A stretch of 64,000 nucleotides of DNA, from positions 2,112,001-2,176,000 of the forward strand of contig OZ242010.1 in assembly GCA_965204745.1 (NCBI GenBank), in the 5' to 3' direction. The notes under the pieces were generated by a model. The model was not told where the DNA came from and made no database searches. It saw only the letters and a program-made list of their open reading frames with translations. Positions 63,422-64,000 of this stretch are shown here, in pieces. The stretch is from Candidatus Latescibacterota bacterium (GTDB lineage Bacteria; Latescibacterota; UBA2968). Numbering within the stretch: the stretch's first letter is position 1; every line of letters starts with the position of its first letter. The translations under genes and the position numbers were made by a program.

Positions 63422-63658
63422 TTATCCAAGCTGTGATTGGCTCGATTTCCGCCGCCATTCCAGCGATGTTTTTTCAAGTTCGAGTGCCGTATATTTATCG
63501 CCGTATTCCCTGAGTGACCCGGCCCAATTCTGCCGCAATGTAGGAGTGGCTTTAGGCCCCCGTTCTTCTGCGAGCAACTCGACCAATTCCAGTACCTCGC
63601 ACTGCTTGTCCGCGGGCAGTTTATGCAATTTTTTGACGATAATTTCTTCAACGGTCAT
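63422..63658 (-). CDS. DUF2281-like antitoxin-type protein
   Basis: KL..LP.DKQ.EVL..VE.L ... LRQ.WAG.L.EY. Confidence 0.7.
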   Translation of the reverse strand: MTVEEIIVKKLHKLPADKQCEVLELVELLAEERGPKATPTLRQNWAGSLREYGDKYTALELEKTSLEWRRKSSQSQLG

Positions 63659-63715
63659 GTCTTACCTCGCATTTAGAATCCCGAGTTGCCGCCCTCGCGT
63701 GACTTACCTCGTCCG

Positions 63716-64000
63716 CTACGCCAACTCCCTTATCGCCGAGACAATGCTTTCGGTGTTCCACTTAACGACTTGGTCGGCATTATCCCGCACCGCCGGAGAA
63801 ATTTCATTTGTCCATGGCCGGATGGCGAGAATAGGTTTTGGTTTTGAAAAGCCACTTTTGGCAATTTTGATTTCCTTGTCTATCCACTTGCTGTATTCGG
63901 CGTACACACCCGCCAAAACGATGACGATACCGCACGGTTGCATTTGATTGTGAATCGCTCTGGACAATTCTTTATCGCTACTGCTATGCACGGGGTCATT
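63716..64000 (-). CDS. Second ThsB-like TIR domain protein (5' end beyond window)
   Basis: DPVH, MQPCG.V.VLAGVYAEYSKWIDKEI, KPILAI.PW, WNTESIVSAIR. Confidence 0.85.
   Translation of the reverse strand, partial: NDPVHSSSDKELSRAIHNQMQPCGIVIVLAGVYAEYSKWIDKEIKIAKSGFSKPKPILAIRPWTNEISPAVRDNADQVVKWNTESIVSAIRELA

Overview
A 64 kb, GC-rich bacterial chromosomal window. The mix of an SprA-like translocon, GWxTD proteins, Uma2 paralogues, PhyH and Gfo/Idh/MocA enzymes suggests an FCB-group organism such as Latescibacterota or Gemmatimonadota (inference only). The backbone is housekeeping and metabolic: thiL, apt, pgi, ruvX-mltG-pcrA, gatC, gltA, msrP, tRNA-Arg(CCT), and a selenocysteine-recoded selD next to tRNA-Sec. 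Several accessory or defence cassettes are interspersed: three tandem Uma2 nuclease genes whose tails differ by whole heptads, an OLD-like ABC-ATPase/TOPRIM gene, an MjaI-like type II R-M pair, and a lower-GC two-gene membrane cassette. The strongest candidate for an undescribed system is at the right edge. There, two ThsB-like TIR genes and a translationally coupled small multi-TM protein sit directly upstream of a type III Mod methyltransferase, with no canonical ThsA in view. A modular repeat family (9-mer, hairpin, GTAG-type REP, heptamer arrays) recurs in intergenic regions and overlaps gene ends. All family calls come from motif recognition by eye; no database searches were run.
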